Origin: Patescibacteria group bacterium
GTDB lineage: Bacteria; Patescibacteriota; Minisyncoccia; Phycocordibacterales; Phycocordibacteraceae
DNA length: 59,925 nt
NCBI GenBank assembly: GCA_018969385.1
Contig: JAGWYL010000003.1
Span: forward strand, 1-59,925
Reading direction: 5' to 3'
Shown here: piece by piece, positions 45,640 through 54,841 of the stretch
How positions within the stretch are numbered: the first letter of the stretch is position 1
Layout of the letters: each line of letters opens with the position of its first letter
Translations under genes and position numbers: made by a program
Notes under the pieces: model-generated
Told to the model about the DNA's origin: nothing
Databases searched by the model: none
Seen by the model: only the letters and a program-made list of their open reading frames with translations

Positions 45640-48519
45640 CTACGCTGCCGGAAGCACGATATTCAGCACCTTGCCCGCGATATATACCACCCGGAGAGGC
45701 TCCCTTCCCGCAAGGAGCGCGGCAACCGCCGGGAGCGCGCGCGCCTTCTCGAGCGCGTCAGCTTCGCTAAGGCTCTTCGCGAGGATGAGATTCCCGCGCA
45801 GCTTGCCGTTCACCTGCACCGCCACCGTCTCGGTATCGCTCTCGAGGTCGCGGGCGTCCGCGACCGGCCACGGCGCCTCTGCGACGAGACCCGCGCCGCC
45901 AAGCGAACCGTAGAGGTGTTCGGAAAGATGCGGCGCGAACGGCGCGAGCATGACGAGGAAGGCGCGCACTGCCTCGCGCGGCACGGTCGGCGCGTCTTCG
46001 AATCCGTTCAAGAGCGTCATGAGCGCCGCGACTCCCGTGTTGAACTTGAACCGGTCGCCGTCCGCGGCGATCTTCACGCTCGCGCGCGCGAGCGCCTTCC
46101 GCAGCGCGTCATCCACGGGCGCGTCCGTCGCGCGTTCTGCGAGCCGGACGACGCGCTCGAGGAACTTGCGCATGCCCGCCACGCCCTCAAGGCTCCACGG
46201 GTACGCGCCCGGTTCGTTATAGGGGCCGATGAAGGCGAGGAAGATGCGGACCGCATCCGCACCGTACCGGGCGACGAAGTCGTCCGGATTCACGACGTTC
46301 CCTCTCGACTTCGACATCTTCTGGCCGTCCGGTCCCATGATGAGACCCCGATTGAACCGTTCGCGAAACGGTTCCGCCGTCGGAACGAGCGCGAGGTCAT
46401 AGAGCGCCTTGTGGAAGAAGCGCGCGTAGAGGAGATGCATCGTGGTGTGCTCGCTCCCGCCCGAATAGCGGTCGACGGGCAGCCAGTCCTTCATCGCCTT
46501 CGGCTCGGAGAAGCGCTCGGCATCGCCCGCGTCGAGATAACGGAGGAAATACCAGGAGGAGTCGACGAACGTGTCGAGGGTGTCGAACTCCGGGGTCCAT
46601 CCCTTGCCGAAGATGTTCTCGACGCGCGCGGCAAGCTCCTTCGAGGAAGCGAGCGGCGGTTCGCCGGTGGGCGTGAAGTCGACGTCCGTCGGAAGTTCCC
46701 ACGGCAGATGCTCCGCCGGAACCGCATGCGGTTTCCCCTCGGGATCGTACACGATGGGGATGGGACACCCCCAGTAGCGCTGGCGCGAGACGAGCCAGTC
46801 GCGTAAGCGGTAGTTCGTGACCGGTTCCCCGCCGACTTCTCTAACGATGTCCGGAATCGCTTCGCGATTGTTCCGCCCGGTGTACGCACCGGAGTCGACC
46901 AGGATGCCGCCGCCCGTATACGCCGCATCGTGCCCTTGCATGCGTTCCCACACGACGTCGCGCTCCATGAGCGTGAGGAAGTCGCGAACCTCGTCCCGCG
47001 GTATCCAGAGCGTCTCGTGCTTGGCGTCTTCTTCCGCCGATACGCTTTCGCGCTCGCCGTTCGCAAGCTCGAAATAAAGGTAGCGGAACCGCGCGCGGAC
47101 GTTATGCTTCTTCTGCTGGTGGAAGAACTCGATGTACGAGATACCTCCGAGCTGGCGCACGAACGCGGGATGCAGGTACCCGGACTCTTCACGAATCTCG
47201 CGGATGCCCGTTTCTTCCGGCGTCTCGCCCTCTTCGATGCCGCCGGAAATGAATGAGCGTATGTCCGGATGTTCGCGCCACTGGATGCACAGGTACTCGT
47301 CCTTCTCCCAGTGCTTCACGATGCACATGACCGCGTTGCGTTCCGTAAACGGCTCATCCTCATGAACGGCATCGCCGCCGGTCTCGCGATGCGAAACGGG
47401 CGCTACGACCTGGCGGACAGGCAGGTCGTGCTTCTTCGCGAAGTCGAAGTCGCGCTCATCGTGCGCCGGTACCGCCATGACGGCGCCCGTGCCGTAGGAA
47501 GCGAACACGTAGTCCGCGACATACACCGGAATCTCTTCCTTGGTCGCCGGATTCACCGTGATGACGCCTTCGAGCCGCACGCCGGTCTTGTCCTTATTCT
47601 CCGAGCGTTCGCGCTCCGTCTTCCGCCGCGTCTCCTCGATGTACGCGGCGACGTCCGTCTCGTTCGCAAGGGACGGCAAAAGCTCGCCGACGAGCGGATG
47701 TTCCGGCGCGAGCACGAGGTACGTCGCGCCGTAGAGCGTGTCCGCGCGCGTCGTGAAGACATCTACGCGCACAGGCTCCATGCTTCGCGCATCCTCCACC
47801 GATGCGGTTTCCGCAGCGCGTATGAAAAAAGGGATGCGCGCGCCTTCGGACTTCCCTATCCACGCGCGCTCGGCCTCCTTTATCTCTTCGCGCCACGCGA
47901 GCGCATCAAGGTCGGCAAGCAGGCGCTCCGCATAGTCCGTAATCTTGAGGAACCACTGCGTCAAGTTCCGTTCCTCGACCGGCGTGCCGCACCGTTCGCA
48001 CGCGCCGTCGATTACCTGCTCGTTCGCGAGCACGGTGCGGTCCTTGGGGCACCACTTCACGGGCGCCTTCCGTCGCTCCGCAAGCCCGTGCTCGTAGAGC
48101 TTCGTAAAGAGCCACTGCGTCCAGCGATAGTAATCCGGTTCGCACGTGACCACTTCCTTCGACCAGTCGAAGGATGCGCCCATGCTCGCGAGCTGCGCGC
48201 GCATGCGCTCCATGTTCGCGTAGGTCCATGCCTTCGGATCGAGACCGTGCTTGATTGCCGCGTTCTCGGCGGGCAGGCCGAACGCGTCGAACCCTATGGG
48301 AAAGAGCACGTTCCTCCCGCGCGCGCGGAGCATGCGCGCGTAGATGTCCGTAACCGAAAACGCGTACCAGTGCCCTATGTGGAGGTCTCCCGAGGGATAC
48401 GGGAATTCGACAAGGAGGTAATACGGTTCCTTCCCGGCCTCATCAAGGTCCGTCGTACCGTAGCCGGCGGCCTTCCAACGCTCCTGCGCTTCCTTCTCTA
48501 TCCGCGTATGGTCGTACAT
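45640..48519 (-). CDS. leuS: Leucine--tRNA ligase with inserted Nudix domain
   Basis: FPYPSGDLHIGH, FTTRADT, SRQRYWGCPIP, KMSKS; Nudix box GGIEEGETPEETGIREIREESG. Confidence 0.96.
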   Translation of the reverse strand: MYDHTRIEKEAQERWKAAGYGTTDLDEAGKEPYYLLVEFPYPSGDLHIGHWYAFSVTDIYARMLRARGRNVLFPIGFDAFGLPAENAAIKHGLDPKAWTYANMERMRAQLASMGASFDWSKEVVTCEPDYYRWTQWLFTKLYEHGLAERRKAPVKWCPKDRTVLANEQVIDGACERCGTPVEERNLTQWFLKITDYAERLLADLDALAWREEIKEAERAWIGKSEGARIPFFIRAAETASVEDARSMEPVRVDVFTTRADTLYGATYLVLAPEHPLVGELLPSLANETDVAAYIEETRRKTERERSENKDKTGVRLEGVITVNPATKEEIPVYVADYVFASYGTGAVMAVPAHDERDFDFAKKHDLPVRQVVAPVSHRETGGDAVHEDEPFTERNAVMCIVKHWEKDEYLCIQWREHPDIRSFISGGIEEGETPEETGIREIREESGYLHPAFVRQLGGISYIEFFHQQKKHNVRARFRYLYFELANGERESVSAEEDAKHETLWIPRDEVRDFLTLMERDVVWERMQGHDAAYTGGGILVDSGAYTGRNNREAIPDIVREVGGEPVTNYRLRDWLVSRQRYWGCPIPIVYDPEGKPHAVPAEHLPWELPTDVDFTPTGEPPLASSKELAARVENIFGKGWTPEFDTLDTFVDSSWYFLRYLDAGDAERFSEPKAMKDWLPVDRYSGGSEHTTMHLLYARFFHKALYDLALVPTAEPFRERFNRGLIMGPDGQKMSKSRGNVVNPDDFVARYGADAVRIFLAFIGPYNEPGAYPWSLEGVAGMRKFLERVVRLAERATDAPVDDALRKALARASVKIAADGDRFKFNTGVAALMTLLNGFEDAPTVPREAVRAFLVMLAPFAPHLSEHLYGSLGGAGLVAEAPWPVADARDLESDTETVAVQVNGKLRGNLILAKSLSEADALEKARALPAVAALLAGREPLRVVYIAGKVLNIVLPAA

Positions 48520-48546
48520 GCGTAAGAATGCGCAGTATAGCGCACG

Positions 48547-49506
48547 CTAGCGGAGCGTCTTCGGCGCGGGCGGATACCGCTCCGGGTCGATGGTGCGCGC
48601 GAAGCACGCCTGGCCGGCCGCGTGCGCCCAGCCCTCCGTGCTGCCGCTTCCAAGCGACGCGGGGGAAGGTCCCGCGGTTGCCGAATCAAGACTCGGACGA
48701 TTGAAATCGGCGCAGAGCTCGAATGTCGTCGTGCCGGTCGCCCGGTATCCGTACGCTGCGCCGGTCTGCGGGTCCGTCGGAATCGCGGAACCGGACAGCG
48801 GGTCGGCAAGGGCGGCAAGCGTCGCCGGCAGCGCCGCCTTCTGCTGCCAGTAGTTCACCACCTGCCACTGTATGGTCGAAAGGTCATTCGTCTTCTGCGC
48901 GTCAAGACGCATGAGGCGCGCGTCTGCGGGCGTTCCCACGATAAAAAAGCCGACGACGATGCTCGCGAGCGCGATAAGCGCGAACGCGCCGCAGAGATAC
49001 CGCTCCGTGCGCAGGTGGACATCCCAATAGCCTCGCAGGTCGTAGGTGAAGTATCCGAACGCGAGTATCGCGACGATGAGCACGACAAGCACCTTGAGCA
49101 GGAACGCCAGGGTGAGCTCTTCGCCGCGGAAGAACGAGGTCAGGAGCGTGATGACGTCGATGGCCACCGTGGCGCCAGCTGCGAAGAGCGTGAACAGGAC
49201 GGCCCAGCGGCGCACCCATACGTCTCTTCGCGAGGGGTCGCGCGCGATGGAGCGGCGGATGAGGAGCGCGAGCGCGACGTAAACGGGCGCGAGCACGAGA
49301 AGCGATGCCATCTCATAGGGCATGCCGCCCGCGTACGGGTCCGGCCGGTAGGAGAGCACGTTCGGCAGGCCGTAATCGATGTAGTTGAATATGAGAAAGA
49401 CGAACGAGACGACAGACCAGTAGAGCGCGAGCATCGCCCCGGCCCACATGAAGAAGTCCTTCGGCGTTACCCGCGCACGCGCGGCGGTTTCTGCGGTCGG
49501 TTCCAT
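48547..49506 (-). CDS. Hypothetical membrane protein (DUF5671-like)
   Basis: Multiple TM helices, C-terminal PTDPQTG...YGY...FELCADF. Confidence 0.7.
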   Translation of the reverse strand: MEPTAETAARARVTPKDFFMWAGAMLALYWSVVSFVFLIFNYIDYGLPNVLSYRPDPYAGGMPYEMASLLVLAPVYVALALLIRRSIARDPSRRDVWVRRWAVLFTLFAAGATVAIDVITLLTSFFRGEELTLAFLLKVLVVLIVAILAFGYFTYDLRGYWDVHLRTERYLCGAFALIALASIVVGFFIVGTPADARLMRLDAQKTNDLSTIQWQVVNYWQQKAALPATLAALADPLSGSAIPTDPQTGAAYGYRATGTTTFELCADFNRPSLDSATAGPSPASLGSGSTEGWAHAAGQACFARTIDPERYPPAPKTLR

Positions 49507-49687
49507 CGCGTGATTATACCACGCGATATGAAATACGAAGACCCACGAAGGAATCTTCGCGGGCCTTTGGTTTACAGAGCGAATTCTTCGCGCCAGCGTA
49601 GAGCACTATCTTCTTCTTGCCGCTATGGCTATGGCTCTACGCTGCTGTTTTCCAAAGAACATCTTGTCTTCCCTTGTGACGCCTGCG

Positions 49688-50131
49688 CTATCCCTGCAGG
49701 ATGTCATTGAATCTGGCACGCACATACTTCAGGACGCCCTCTCGGTTGCGGAAGAGCACCTTGAGCGGATCGCATTCGCGCCCAGACCCGAATCGAGCCT
49801 CCGGCGAGATATGCCCGTTGTACTCAACGGATACGCACAGGTCGCGTCCGCATGGACGAATCCTGATAAGAGCGCGAGCCTTTGACGGCTCCACGAGATC
49901 TACGCCGAGGTCACTGAAGCTCTCGAGTATCATCTCGCCCGTGCTCTCACGCAGGTCCGTATCCTTTGCGGAAATGGATACCCGCTTTATCCAGGAGCGA
50001 TCCGATACCCGCGTATGCCCCGTGACATGCGTTATGCACGAGCGCTGCGGCGGGTAGTACGCCGGGCTTTCGCTTGCGCACGCCCCGAGAAGGAGCGGCG
50101 CAGCAAGAACGATGACTGCCTTCGTGTTCAT
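49688..50131 (-). CDS. Putative lipoprotein
   Basis: Lipobox LLLGAC; AGGAGG SD. Confidence 0.6.
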   Translation of the reverse strand: MNTKAVIVLAAPLLLGACASESPAYYPPQRSCITHVTGHTRVSDRSWIKRVSISAKDTDLRESTGEMILESFSDLGVDLVEPSKARALIRIRPCGRDLCVSVEYNGHISPEARFGSGRECDPLKVLFRNREGVLKYVRARFNDILQG

Positions 50132-50140
50132 CGTCGCCTC

Positions 50141-50548
50141 CTATCGCACGGAGCCGAGGATATACGGAAGCAGGTAATGCTCCGGTGCCGTGAGGAACGC
50201 GTAGGCAACAACCAACGCGAGCCCAACGAACACTTCGCCCGATTGCCGGCGAAACAAGCCATGCGGCATCAGGTAAATCACGATGCAGGCGATGATGCCC
50301 GCATCGATGAATATCTTCATCGCCGCAGTGAAGCCGGGGATGAAGAGTACGCCGATTGCAAGCGCGGCTCCGGTCGCGAGCTTCAGGTCATGAGTCTGCC
50401 TCTTGAAGGCAGCCTCGTAGACAAGGCCGACGACCGCGAAGGCCAGCAACCCGATGACAACGTAAATGCGTACGTCCTGTGCAGACGTGTGCGCACTGAC
50501 CACCGTGGTAGCATGCTGCAACCACGGGGCAACGTGGTGGTATTTCAT
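50141..50548 (-). CDS. Hypothetical membrane protein
   Basis: About 4 hydrophobic helices; GGGAG SD before ATG 50548. Confidence 0.55.
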   Translation of the reverse strand: MKYHHVAPWLQHATTVVSAHTSAQDVRIYVVIGLLAFAVVGLVYEAAFKRQTHDLKLATGAALAIGVLFIPGFTAAMKIFIDAGIIACIVIYLMPHGLFRRQSGEVFVGLALVVAYAFLTAPEHYLLPYILGSVR

Positions 50549-50629
50549 CTCACACTCCCTATTGTGCAACCGCTCAATTTGCGGCGATGTACTGTAACAC
50601 TATATTGGCCTGCTTGTCAAGCCCTCCGA

Positions 50630-50915
50630 CTTTCCCTTCTCTTAAAGCATTCCGGGCCCCATTCTGCCCTTGCTCCACCCCTCCACGACTCATGCTCGCT
50701 TTGCGCTGGCCTTGCTGGCCACCCCTTCCGAAAGCGTCTCACTTTCCTCCCGTTGCCCCATCCCTCTTGTTCCCTGCGACCTGTTCCATCCCTTCCGCTC
50801 CCCATCCCTCTTGTTCCCCTCGTCTCATACCTTCCCCCACCCTCGTGTCTCTTTCCGTCCTCTTTCCGTCCCTTTTTCGTCCGCTTTCCGTCTCTTCTCC
50901 GTCCCCTTCCCCCGT
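50630..50915. repeat. Polypyrimidine/polypurine low-complexity tract
   Basis: Strongly C/T-rich plus strand; 19-bp direct repeat at 50756-50774 and 50800-50818; CTTTCCGTC x3. Confidence 0.8.
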
Positions 50916-50919
50916 TTGA

Positions 50920-50966
50920 TGCAAAAGAACCTTAACGCAACTTTGTTGCGTTAAGGTTCTTTTGCA
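50920..50966. terminator. Perfect 22-bp hairpin downstream of ychF
   Basis: TGCAAAAGAACCTTAACGCAAC-TTT-GTTGCGTTAAGGTTCTTTTGCA. Confidence 0.7.
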
Positions 50967-51022
50967 TTCAGGAGTGAGGAAGGGCAGATGGATTAAGAGC
51001 ACCGTGGCGGGGAGAAGTGCGG

Positions 51023-52132
51023 TTAGGAGTGGAGGAAAACCATCACGTCCCCGTCCGCGACCACGTATTCTTTCCCTTCCGTGCGGACGAGCCCCTTTTC
51101 GCGCGCGGCGGCGTAGGAGCCCGCGGACAGGAGCGACTCGGCGGCGATGACTTCCGCGCGGATGAACTTGTCCATGAAATCGGTGTGTATCGCCGCGCCG
51201 GCGACGGGTGCCGTCGCGCCCCTCGGGATGGTCCACGCGCGCGTTTCCTTCACGCCGGTGGTGAAAAATGATATGAGGTCGAGCGTCGCGTACGCGCCGC
51301 GGATGAGGTCCGCGAGCCCGTCCGCATGCACGCCAAGTTCCTCACGGAATCCGGCGCGGTCTTCGTCCGCGACATCGTTGAGCTCCCGTTCGGTCGCGGC
51401 GTCCACCATGACGTAGCGGGAGCCGAGCGCTGCAATCGCTTCGTATGCCTCCGCCGCGCGGCCGTCCGTAAGCTCGTCGAGGTTGTGCCCGCCGGACTTG
51501 CGGTTGAGCGCATAGAGGACCGGCTTCATCGTGAGGAGATTGAGGTGCGCGATGAGCGCGATCTCTTCGTCCGAAAGCCCCGCCTTGCCCGCGAAGGTTC
51601 CGCGCGCGAAGGCTTGGCCGAGCTTCGCGAGAACGGCTGCCTCGGCGATGGCCGCCTTCTGGCCGGCCTTCACGTCGCGCGCAAGCTTCTCCTCGCGCTT
51701 CTTGACCTGTTCCGAGTCCGCGAGTACGAGCTCGAGGTTGATTATCTCGATGTCGCGCACCGGATTCACTTCCCCGTCCACATGATGGATGTCCGCATCG
51801 TCGAAGAAGCGGACGACCTCGAGGATGGCGTCCGTCTCGCGGATATGCGTGAGGAACTGGTTGCCGAGGCCCTCGCCTTCGGACGCACCGCGCACGAGCC
51901 CCGCGATATCCACGAATTCGACCGCGGCGGGAACCGTCTTCTCGGAAGACGAAAACTTAGCGAGCGCCTCAAGGCGCGCATCCGGCACGCCGACGACGCC
52001 CACCGACGGGTCGATGGTGCAGAACGGATAGTTCTCCGCCGGCACGCTCGCCTTGGTGAGCGCATTAAAAAGCGTCGATTTCCCGACGTTCGGCAGTCCG
52101 ACGATTCCTATCTTCAGTTGTGTACTGGCCAT
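51023..52132 (-). CDS. ychF: Ribosome-binding ATPase YchF
   Basis: [46 protein letters not shown]. Confidence 0.97.
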   Translation of the reverse strand: MASTQLKIGIVGLPNVGKSTLFNALTKASVPAENYPFCTIDPSVGVVGVPDARLEALAKFSSSEKTVPAAVEFVDIAGLVRGASEGEGLGNQFLTHIRETDAILEVVRFFDDADIHHVDGEVNPVRDIEIINLELVLADSEQVKKREEKLARDVKAGQKAAIAEAAVLAKLGQAFARGTFAGKAGLSDEEIALIAHLNLLTMKPVLYALNRKSGGHNLDELTDGRAAEAYEAIAALGSRYVMVDAATERELNDVADEDRAGFREELGVHADGLADLIRGAYATLDLISFFTTGVKETRAWTIPRGATAPVAGAAIHTDFMDKFIRAEVIAAESLLSAGSYAAAREKGLVRTEGKEYVVADGDVMVFLHS

Positions 52133-52325
52133 AATAAGTTGAAATAACCGGGATGAACCCCGACACTTGAAGCTTCTCTTGCGTGCCGACAATCTTCTCT
52201 ACGGTTCTCAATACTATCGCACGTTTCTGTTCGAAGTTCAAATCGCCTGACAGAAGTTCCTCCATCGATTCGGCGTAGTCGTTGATCTCTTCCCCACTTG
52301 GCGTTGGGTTATAGTCATTCTTCAA
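52065..52325 (-). pseudogene. Probable C-terminal remnant of a large serine recombinase overlapping the ychF start
   Basis: FEQKRAIVLRTVEKIVG...GFIP resembles LSR C-termini (recollection); no catalytic N-terminus; reads into ychF in another frame. Confidence 0.55.
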
Positions 52326-52331
52326 TCCCGT

Positions 52332-52628
52332 ATGTTAAGTGTCAAAGAATTAGTCTCCCCGTACCGTGGCTCTGAAAAGACCTACGAGATGGTTAAGGAC
52401 CAGATAGAAGAACGCTGGGGTGAGGAGTGTGCCGAGGAGTTCGATCCCACATGCGACGCAATGCCTTACGCCTCTTGGGTCGCCTACGGGTACCAGGTAA
52501 GGAAGGGCCAGAAGTCGCTCAAATCGATTACATTCATCGATTCCAAAGACGCAACAACGGGCGAAGTGAGAAAAATAAAGAGAACGGTGAATTTATTCCA
52601 TCGTCGCCAGGTCGAGAAAGCCCCATGA
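52332..52628 (+). CDS. ArdC N-terminal-like ssDNA-binding protein
   Basis: YASWVAYGYQVRKGQK...LFHRRQVE pattern. Confidence 0.6.
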   Translation: MLSVKELVSPYRGSEKTYEMVKDQIEERWGEECAEEFDPTCDAMPYASWVAYGYQVRKGQKSLKSITFIDSKDATTGEVRKIKRTVNLFHRRQVEKAP

Positions 52629-52858
52629 TTACCAAACGCATGACGGTTACTCGTGCCCCTGGGACCGAGAATACGCCCATGGTGAAGATTGCGAATCGTA
52701 CGCTTGACGCTATGGGCTTCGGAATCGGCGCATCAGTCGTTGTTGCTTACGAGCAGGAACGAAACGTTATTAGTATCAGCTTAGGAACTAAACATGAATC
52801 AAACATCTTATCGAAGTCGCCTGTCGCCTTACCAGCTCAAACCGCAGCATCCCATTGA
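52625..52858 (+). CDS. SymE/AbrB-like small protein
   Basis: PMVKIANRTLDAMGFGIGASVVV pattern; ATGA overlap with the upstream stop. Confidence 0.45.
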   Translation: MITKRMTVTRAPGTENTPMVKIANRTLDAMGFGIGASVVVAYEQERNVISISLGTKHESNILSKSPVALPAQTAASH

Positions 52859-53366
52859 TGTGATGCGTGCGAAGGTTTACGACGTGCAAGACAAAGAGAA
52901 TCCTATACGCGCCGAGATTGAGAAGTGCATCGGCACCCACACTATCAAGGCAGTAGTCGAAGAAGATCGGCAGACGCTCGATGCAATGGGCGTGGACGGA
53001 TTGATATCGTTCCTTTGCACTATGACCAAAGACGGCCGCGTGCTGTCGCAGGGTCGTGGCAGTGCAATGATTGGACCTCAAAATCGATTCTTTCAGAGAA
53101 CTGTTGCGTGTGCCTTTAATTCGGCCTTGGCAGATGCCGCTATCCGGGCAACAAAGGTATTAGATCAGCTTCGTGACAAATCAGGAGCAGAGGAAACATA
53201 CGAAGATAGCGCCCCGGAACCTGCTACTGATAAGCAACGGGAATATCTCAAACAGTTGATTCAAGCCAACGTGAGAGACGAGAGTGCGCTTGCTACGTGG
53301 ATGAATCGCATCGGTGAGATCTCGAAGTCGGAAGCATCAGACGCGATAAAGTCATTCAAGAACTAG
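52794..53366 (+). CDS. Hypothetical phage-like protein, possibly Rad52/Sak-like single-strand annealing protein
   Basis: GRVLSQGRGSA...AFNSALADA, then C-terminal PATDKQREYL...SKSEASDAI module. Confidence 0.5.
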   Translation: MNQTSYRSRLSPYQLKPQHPIDVMRAKVYDVQDKENPIRAEIEKCIGTHTIKAVVEEDRQTLDAMGVDGLISFLCTMTKDGRVLSQGRGSAMIGPQNRFFQRTVACAFNSALADAAIRATKVLDQLRDKSGAEETYEDSAPEPATDKQREYLKQLIQANVRDESALATWMNRIGEISKSEASDAIKSFKN

Positions 53367-53373
53367 TTGTGGT

Positions 53374-53556
53374 ATGAGGTATCGAGTTTGGCTATCTGAA
53401 ACAGAGCCATTGCCCGTTGAGGTTGAAGCCGACAATCCCACTCACGCACAGCAAAAGGTCGAGGAGATGCTGTATAAGGGAACGCTGTGGGAGGAAAATT
53501 CAATCGAAATGAGCGAGGGGTGTCTTGAAGTCAGTAGTGTTGAACAGGTCGCGTAA
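53374..53556 (+). CDS. Small acidic hypothetical protein
   Basis: 60-aa ORF continuing the plus-strand operon up to a terminator. Confidence 0.5.
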   Translation: MRYRVWLSETEPLPVEVEADNPTHAQQKVEEMLYKGTLWEENSIEMSEGCLEVSSVEQVA

Positions 53557-53558
53557 AA

Positions 53559-53595
53559 ACAAGAACGGCGGGTCTTTTGGATCCGCCGTTCTTGT
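53559..53595. terminator. Bidirectional terminator between convergent island genes
   Basis: ACAAGAACGGCGG / CCGCCGTTCTTGT 13-bp stem. Confidence 0.7.
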
Positions 53596-53610
53596 TGTGT
53601 TGCCTAGAGA

Positions 53611-53724
53611 TCAAGCTCGTCTACGGGTGGCTTTCTCCAGAGTTTCAGCATCCGTAAGCTTGATTCCGTAATGCTTGAGATACAACGCTCTGAATTCGTC
53701 GAGCTTGTCTTTCGGGATCATCAT
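53611..53724 (-). CDS. 37-aa ORF (MMIPKDKLDEFRALYLKHYGIKLTDAETLEKATRRRA), possibly truncated
   Basis: Manual translation; ATGA-coupled to the upstream gene. Confidence 0.4.
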   Translation of the reverse strand: MMIPKDKLDEFRALYLKHYGIKLTDAETLEKATRRRA

Positions 53725-54059
53725 TGCGAGCGTGCGACACACTTCCTCGAGCCGTTGCTTTCCCACTGATATCCGGAATCGCACACGCAAATGGGGACAT
53801 CATCTGAATCGCTTAATCCGCCCCAGACCGCGTGTGGCCCCCAGCTCCTTTCGCAAATACGATCCGGTTCCACACAATCAGATGCAACCAGCGGGTCATT
53901 CTCAAGAGCCGTGTTCCCTGTTATTGCATTGACCCGGTCGCAGACTCTCTTGGCTACGGACAGTTCGCTTGCCGTCGGTGCCTGAGGTTTGAATGAATAG
54001 AATACGACCGCAGCAAACGCCGCTATGATCACCAGTCCGATGAGCGTTTGGCGGGTCAT
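53721..54059 (-). CDS. Membrane-anchored cysteine-rich protein with an EGF-like C-terminus
   Basis: N-terminal TM helix, six Cys, CVCDSGYQW...C. Confidence 0.55.
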   Translation of the reverse strand: MTRQTLIGLVIIAAFAAVVFYSFKPQAPTASELSVAKRVCDRVNAITGNTALENDPLVASDCVEPDRICERSWGPHAVWGGLSDSDDVPICVCDSGYQWESNGSRKCVARSQ

Positions 54060-54062
54060 GAC

Positions 54063-54293
54063 TTACACAAATAACGAATACACAAAGATACCTACCACAA
54101 TGAAAGTGGCCCAAAAGAATCGATGAGCCGCGGCATCAGGGTTTTGTCCTGTAGCACCTTGTTCCCGCTTCTCGGCCGGGCTGAGCTCGAAACTGAGCGC
54201 TGCAAGGATAGCCACGATAGACAGCCACATATGCTGGTCCCACAAACGATACGCGGCGATTGCACCCAGAATCCATACAACAATCTGCAACAT
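54063..54293 (-). CDS. Small membrane protein
   Basis: Three hydrophobic segments from MLQIVVW. Confidence 0.45.
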   Translation of the reverse strand: MLQIVVWILGAIAAYRLWDQHMWLSIVAILAALSFELSPAEKREQGATGQNPDAAAHRFFWATFIVVGIFVYSLFV

Positions 54294-54771
54294 AGGAAAG
54301 ACGCTTAGCCGGGTAATGCTGGCGCGTCGTGTATCTATAGACACTGAACCGCATGCCAGCTGGTCTTGCGACCCGTGACCCTTTCGGACCACGACCCAAC
54401 GAAGGAATGGCTGAACATGCGGTTCAGTGTCTTCGTTGGGTTTTCTTGGCCATGCCTACGGTTTAAGCCGTAAGTTTAGGCCACTCACCTATAAATCTTA
54501 TCATGTGACTAAAGAGAACCCTATGCACTAGGGTAAAGTCCATAAAACACGATTTGCGATTATGCACTGGAGTAAATATCAGACGATATGTTTTGATCCG
54601 ATTGTTACTTACTCTTGCTAGCTTTAGCGGTTTTGAGAGCCAGCCGTTTTGCTTCCCGCTTTCGTCCACCCCTCCAAAGCGTCCTATTGTCCGGTGGCGG
54701 GAGTTTGATAGTGAAGTTGAACGGAATCCCCTTCCCTCGCCCTGAGCCTAAAAATTGGCCGCTAGAGAGCA

Positions 54772-54792
54772 GACAATGCCTACGCGCAGCAT
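54772..54792 (-). pseudogene. Displaced original 5' end of ychF
   Basis: ATG CTG CGC GTA GGC ATT GTC = MLRVGIV, then divergence and a stop soon after. Confidence 0.8.
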
Positions 54793-54841
54793 CAGCCCAA
54801 GGTACAGCGAACGGACCGAAATGGGAAGGTCGCGCGCGCGG

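Larger units (their letters stand above)
52111..54771. mobile_element. Decayed element integrated in the 5' end of ychF
   Basis: Lower GC; bounded by TAGGAATCGTC (52110-52100, in ychF) and TAGGCATTGTC (54782-54772, in a displaced ychF 5' end). Confidence 0.8.
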
